A stretch of DNA of 64,000 bases, taken from Macrostomum lignano (Eukaryota). The stretch is taken from assembly GCA_002269645.1 (NCBI GenBank), contig NIVC01000249.1:310001-374000 (forward strand), given 5' to 3'. A program made the translations under genes and the position numbers. The stretch's first letter is position 1; each line of letters opens with the position of its first letter. A model generated the notes under the pieces. It did not search any database, was not told the DNA's origin, and saw nothing but the letters and a program-made list of their open reading frames with translations. Positions 39,874-64,000 of this stretch are shown here, one piece after another.

Positions 39874-40269
39874 GTTTGGTTTGGAGCTACATGCATTGGT
39901 ATACTGCAAAACTGTATAGACTGACAAAAAAGCATCTATCAGCAGTTTAGAACCAAATATACGACGGACAGAACATCAAATATATGACGGCGGCTATAAC
40001 TTTTCATGATTAGTTGAGGCTTGCAAAGATGCTCCAACGTTATTATAATTTTGAGCAATCAAATTATCTGTTCTTTGTACTTTTTCATTAGCAATCGAAA
40101 TAAAACTTTCGAAATCTTATAAATCAATATTTATAAAAAATATTATCAAGATACTTACTGACGGAAACTCGCTACACCTGTGTTCTCCAATTTTATTTCA
40201 GTTGATTTATTTAAACAGGAAACCAAATGGACGTTAGGAGACGATTTTTATTTTAATAGGGAGTTTCAA

Positions 40270-40710
40270 CAGCTCAACTTAGCGCTTAACTCTGCACCCA
40301 ACTCAGTACTCAACTCTGTACTCAACTCTGTACTCAACTCAGTACTCAATTCTGTACTCAACTCTGTACTCAACTCTGTACTCAACTCAGTACTCAACTC
40401 AGTACTCAATTCTGTACTCAACTCTTTACTCAACTCTTTACTCAACTCTGTACTCAACTCTGCACTCAACTCTGTACTCAACTCTTTACTCAACTCTGCA
40501 CTCAACTCAGTACTCAATTCTGTACTCAATTCTGTACTCAATTCTGCACTCAACTCTTTACTCAACTCTGCACTCAACTCAGTACTCAATTCTGTACTCA
40601 ATTCTGTACTCAACTCTGTACTCAATTCTGTACTCAATTCTGTACTCAACTCTGTACTCAATTCTGTACTCAACTCTTTACTCAGTTCTGTACTCAACTC
40701 TGTACTCAAC
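40270..40710. repeat. Minisatellite, 12-bp unit ACTCAACTCTGT
   Basis: About 35 tandem copies. Confidence 0.96.
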
Positions 40711-43546
40711 AGATTATCATCGTTTTCAAAGTTCATCCATTCTCCTTTATCGTTGGAAGAGGAGTTTACTCCAACTTCATTGCTTTGTTTTTACAGGAAG
40801 CATGCATCCAATGCATTTGATCCACTCTAAAATACCGTGCATTATGCCCTGAGTCAACGAAGCATTAAGCAGTTTTAATTATTTTTAAATTTAAACTTTT
40901 CCAAATTTGTTATACACTGGTATAAACTTTTTTGCAACTGAGCGAACTTTTGTTTTACACGCGGCTCTATTCGTAATTTCAGTGACTCCAATTCTTCTAT
41001 ACTTGAGTCACCGATTTAATTTGGTTTCATTAGGACCAACCTGTCAGAAGTAATCACAGATGGTGTTACTTGTACGCTCGTAACACATGTATCAAAATTG
41101 AAAATCCTGTTCTACAAGTAACTATACATCTTACAAGCGTATTCCGAGCACTGTTCGATCCATGCACTCTCATAGAGAGCTAAGCATCTTACATGTAACT
41201 GTATCCGAACAAACAAAAAATGCAAATAAATGTTCCTTATAAATACGAGCTAGCTCGTAGATTATATGTAGTTCGTAAGCATCACTGTGCAGAAAAAGTT
41301 GAGAGAAACTATAGTAGACGTGAAACCGCAGGGAAATGAATACCAATGTACAAATTTCCAACTTGATAATTCCACCGCTGCTAAGCCAAATGCAAACGTT
41401 CTGGCAATCTAATTAGCGTTTAAACAAACCACGATAACTAAAAGGCTAACGGTCTCTCACCGAACTCGACTAATATTAAGGCTTATCTAGCTTTCTCCAC
41501 CCGAACTCTAATAAAAAATAAGGCTAATTGTCTCGCTATGACTTACGATGACGAACTGTCTGCATGTGGCTACTTCACAAAGGGCTAAAGATCACCGAAC
41601 TTCTGGCTTGCGATGACTAAGGTTCTGACACAACGGCGAATGTTGGGCTAAACGTCTCAGATCCTCTGAAATTATTATATCATTATCAATGGTCGATTAT
41701 CATTTTGTGCACAATCATGGTACACACAATTACTGTAAAGGCCACTACGATACAGTTAATTTTATACATTCTCTTTTAAATAAGGTTACCTAGGCGGATG
41801 TCACACTAAGGCGGATCACATCACGATTTTGTACTGAATAAGCGTTACAGAAATTCTTATGTGTTCTCTTAATTTAATTTCTAGTTTTCAATTTATCAGT
41901 AAAAATCAAGAAGCATATCGATACGGTAAGATTTTAAGCACAAACGTATTTCTTTAAATTATTAACATTTGGCTTTGTTTAAACTTGCTATTGTCAATGT
42001 AAAATTCTTAGGAGACTATTTAACTTTGGATTTATCGGTAAATAACATGATTGATTGATTTTTGTTATTGTGCAATATTGGCTACTTGATTGACAGTCTG
42101 AATTAAATTTGTCGTAGTAATTGCATTGATTTTTTATTTGGTATCAATGGGCTAGTCACAAAACTAGCTATGCGTTAGGCCTACCCAACGAGCAACACAA
42201 AAATAGCTATATACAGTGGTCCTTGGAGCAACACTTGCTACCGAGTGTACTTTATTACTCTGCCTCTGAAACGTTGAACTAATAGTATTCAGTCTATGGT
42301 CAAAACTAATAAATTTATAATTAAAAAAAAATTTTATGAGTTTTATGCAATATGGTTTTTAGATGAGTAAAGATGACCTTAAAATTCGGGTGTGCATGTA
42401 GATTGGTTTTGTCCATTGGTTTTTGTCTCTTTTGTCTACATTAGCTTTCCATTTAAGATTTCGCTTTTTACACATAGCTACATTTAAATTTCGTTACAAT
42501 CAACTAGAATTTTTGTCTCGGTGAATTTTTAATGCCTTTTAATTTTATATTTGAAATAAAAAAATGATTTGAACATGATAGAAAGAAATTATTGAACAAT
42601 ATAGCCAATAAAACTTCACTTGTGCAATTCATGTGGATTTATATTAGATTAATTTCATATTTCATACTTTTAGATTTAGGCAAAATTACTGCAAATGGCT
42701 TGGTATTAGTGTAGTAAGTAAAATACTTGTAACTACTGCTTAACTTCTTTCCAATATCATATATTGGAAAGTATCTAATACCAAGCCATTTGCAGTAATT
42801 TTGCCTAAATCTAAAAGTACAATCAAAATAGGTAAATTTATGCATTAAAAAGGAATATTTTGTATGATATTTCTGCAAAGTTCTCTTAATCCAAATTATT
42901 TAAAATATTTGATGGAATCAAGATAGTTTTGGATGTGATCTTGATCATGAAATTTATTATTTAATAGCTAAATCAAAATTTTATGTTGAGATTTTGATGG
43001 ACATTTTTTGGTAAAGAGAATATCTGCAGAATCTGCTATTAGATATTGCATTCAATAATCATCTTCCTTCCCAGCACAGCAAAAGCAACTTTTATTTGGT
43101 TCAAATATTTAAAATGGTTAGGCCGAACCAGCCCATACCGAAAATCCAAGTTACTTGCGCTAAAAGAGAAAAGTGAAAACTTAATTTGTTTAAGTTTAAT
43201 TTCAGTTTGATCTAGTGGAAAAAAGCTAGATTTTATCGCATTTTGTTGGATTTATTTAGATGTTGTATACCGATCCGAATCCAATGCACTTTGATTTTCA
43301 ACCGTTGCCCTAGCATTAATTTTTTTGCGTCTCAAACAGTTACCGACTCTATGCGGAGTCTCAACGCAGAAAAACAACAATAACTTTTGTTGGATTTAGT
43401 TGGGTGTAGTTTAATTAAGTTGGATTTTAGTTGAATTTATTGATCGTAGGTAAAATACCTTTCAACTAAATTTCTAATTTTAGTTTTTGCTCCTCACGGC
43501 ACCAGTAGTCCTTGACTTTCCTAAGGTAGACAATACATGACCTTCC

Positions 43547-62647
<19,101 letters not shown>

Positions 62648-62689
62648 TAGCGAGTAGTGAGCTCATTAAAACATTGGGGCCTGAGCAAT

Positions 62690-64000
62690 TGTCCATTTAG
62701 CATTGGAGTCTGGGCGCCTGTCCATTGAGCCGTGGAGTCTGGGCGCCTGTCCATTGAGCCTTGGAATCTGAGCACCTGTCCATTGATCATTGGAGTCTGA
62801 GCATCTGTCCATTGAGCATTAGAATCTGAGCACCTGTCCATTGATCATTGGAATCTGAGCACCTGTCCATTGAGCATTAGAATCTGAGCACCTGTCCATT
62901 GATCATTGGAATCTGAGCAACTGTCCATTGAGCATTAGAATCTGAGCACCTGTCCATTGATCATTGGAATCTGAGCACCTGTCCATTGAGCATTAGAATC
63001 TGAGCACCTGTCCATTGATCATTGAAATCTGAGCATCTGTCCATTGAGCATTAGAATCTGAGCATCTGTCCATTGATCATTGGAATCTGAGCACATGTCC
63101 ATTGAGCATTAGAATCTGAGAACCTGTCCATTGATCATTGGAATCTGAGCAACTGTCCATTGATCATTGGAATCTGAGCATCTGTCCATTGAGCCTTGTA
63201 GTCTGAGCACCTGTCCATTGAGCATTAGAATCTGAGCACCTGTCCATTGATAATTTGAGTCTGAGCAACTTTCCATTGATAATTTGAGTCTGAGCAACTG
63301 TCCATTGATAATTTGAGTCTGAGCAACTATCCATTGAGCCTTGGAGTCTGAGCGCCTGTCCATCGAACCTTGGAATCTGAGCACCTGTCCATTTAGCATT
63401 GGAGTCTGAGCACCTGTCTATTTAGCATTGGAGTCTGAGCACCTGTCCATCGAACCTTGGAATCTGAGCACCTGTCTATTTAGCATTGGAGTCTGAGCAC
63501 CTGTCCATTTAGCATTGAAGTCTGAGCGCCTGTCCATCGAACCTTGGAATCTGAGCACCTGTCCATTGAGCATTAGAATCTGAGCACCTGTCCATTGAGT
63601 ATTAGAATCTGAGCACCTGTCCATTGATAATTTGAGTCTGAGCAACTGTCCATTGATAATTTGAGTCTGAGCAACTATCCATTGAGCCTTGGAGTCTGAG
63701 CGCCTGTCCATCGAGCCTTGGAATCTGAGCACCTGTCTATTTAGCATTGGAGTCTGAGCACCTGTCCATTTAGCATTGGAGTCTGAGCACCTGTCCATTT
63801 AGCATTGGAGTCTGAGCACCTGTCCATTTAGCATTGGAGTCTGAGCACCTGTCCATTTAGCATTGGAGTCTGAGCACCTGTCCATTTAGCATTGGAGTCT
63901 GAGCACCTGTCCATTTAGCATTGGAGTCTGAGCACCTGTCCATCGAGCCTTGGAATCTGAGCACCTGTCCATTTAGCATTGGAGTCTGAGCACCTGTCCA
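62690..64000. repeat. 29-bp minisatellite GGAATCTGAGCACCTGTCCATTGATCATT, running off the window end
   Basis: More than 40 copies; explains the ORFs at 63109 and 63418. Confidence 0.97.

Noticed and set aside
40180-40830. LNSV / ELST repeat proteins
   Set aside because: Translation of a 12-bp tandem repeat with no start context or splice support.
63109-63798. ORFs MLNGQVLRFQG...
   Set aside because: Translations of the 29-bp minisatellite.

Overview
Eukaryotic (invertebrate animal) genomic DNA with spliceosomal introns, TTAGGG-type repeats, GC-rich exons and minisatellite-filled introns. The style resembles the flatworm Macrostomum, but that assignment is inference only. (1) Bases 1-18204 are the AT-rich right-hand part of a decayed endogenous Polinton/Maverick (adintovirus-like) dsDNA virus. 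It encodes a long fibre-like gene, adenain-type protease, penton, packaging ATPase, major capsid protein, HNH endonuclease, parvovirus-type PLA2 and rve integrase. It ends in a 297-bp fold-back whose arms start with AGTAGTAG. No pPolB is visible in the window. Three younger insertions sit inside it: an unclassified 1.95-kb element splitting the fibre gene, an unclassified 1.16-kb element splitting PLA2 at its Ca-binding loop, and an intact Gypsy LTR retrotransposon (4-bp TSD, TA...CA termini, -1 frameshift signal). (2) Bases 18.5-40 kb hold host genes: a secreted JHBP/takeout + Grp7-allergen (TULIP) protein, GTP cyclohydrolase I, a possible MIT-domain gene, an uncharacterised secreted protein, and two PAN/fibrinogen-domain paralogues with non-canonical GC and GA donors at the homologous intron. 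A decayed LOA/Lian-type LINE and tRNA-derived SINEs lie among them. (3) Bases 43.5-64 kb hold a large RP1-like gene (2 DCX + several PLAT + beta-trefoil-like segments) whose larger introns mostly carry unrelated tandem repeats; one intron contains a TIR element enclosing telomere-like repeats. Splice junctions, alignments and domain calls were made by eye; no database search was run.
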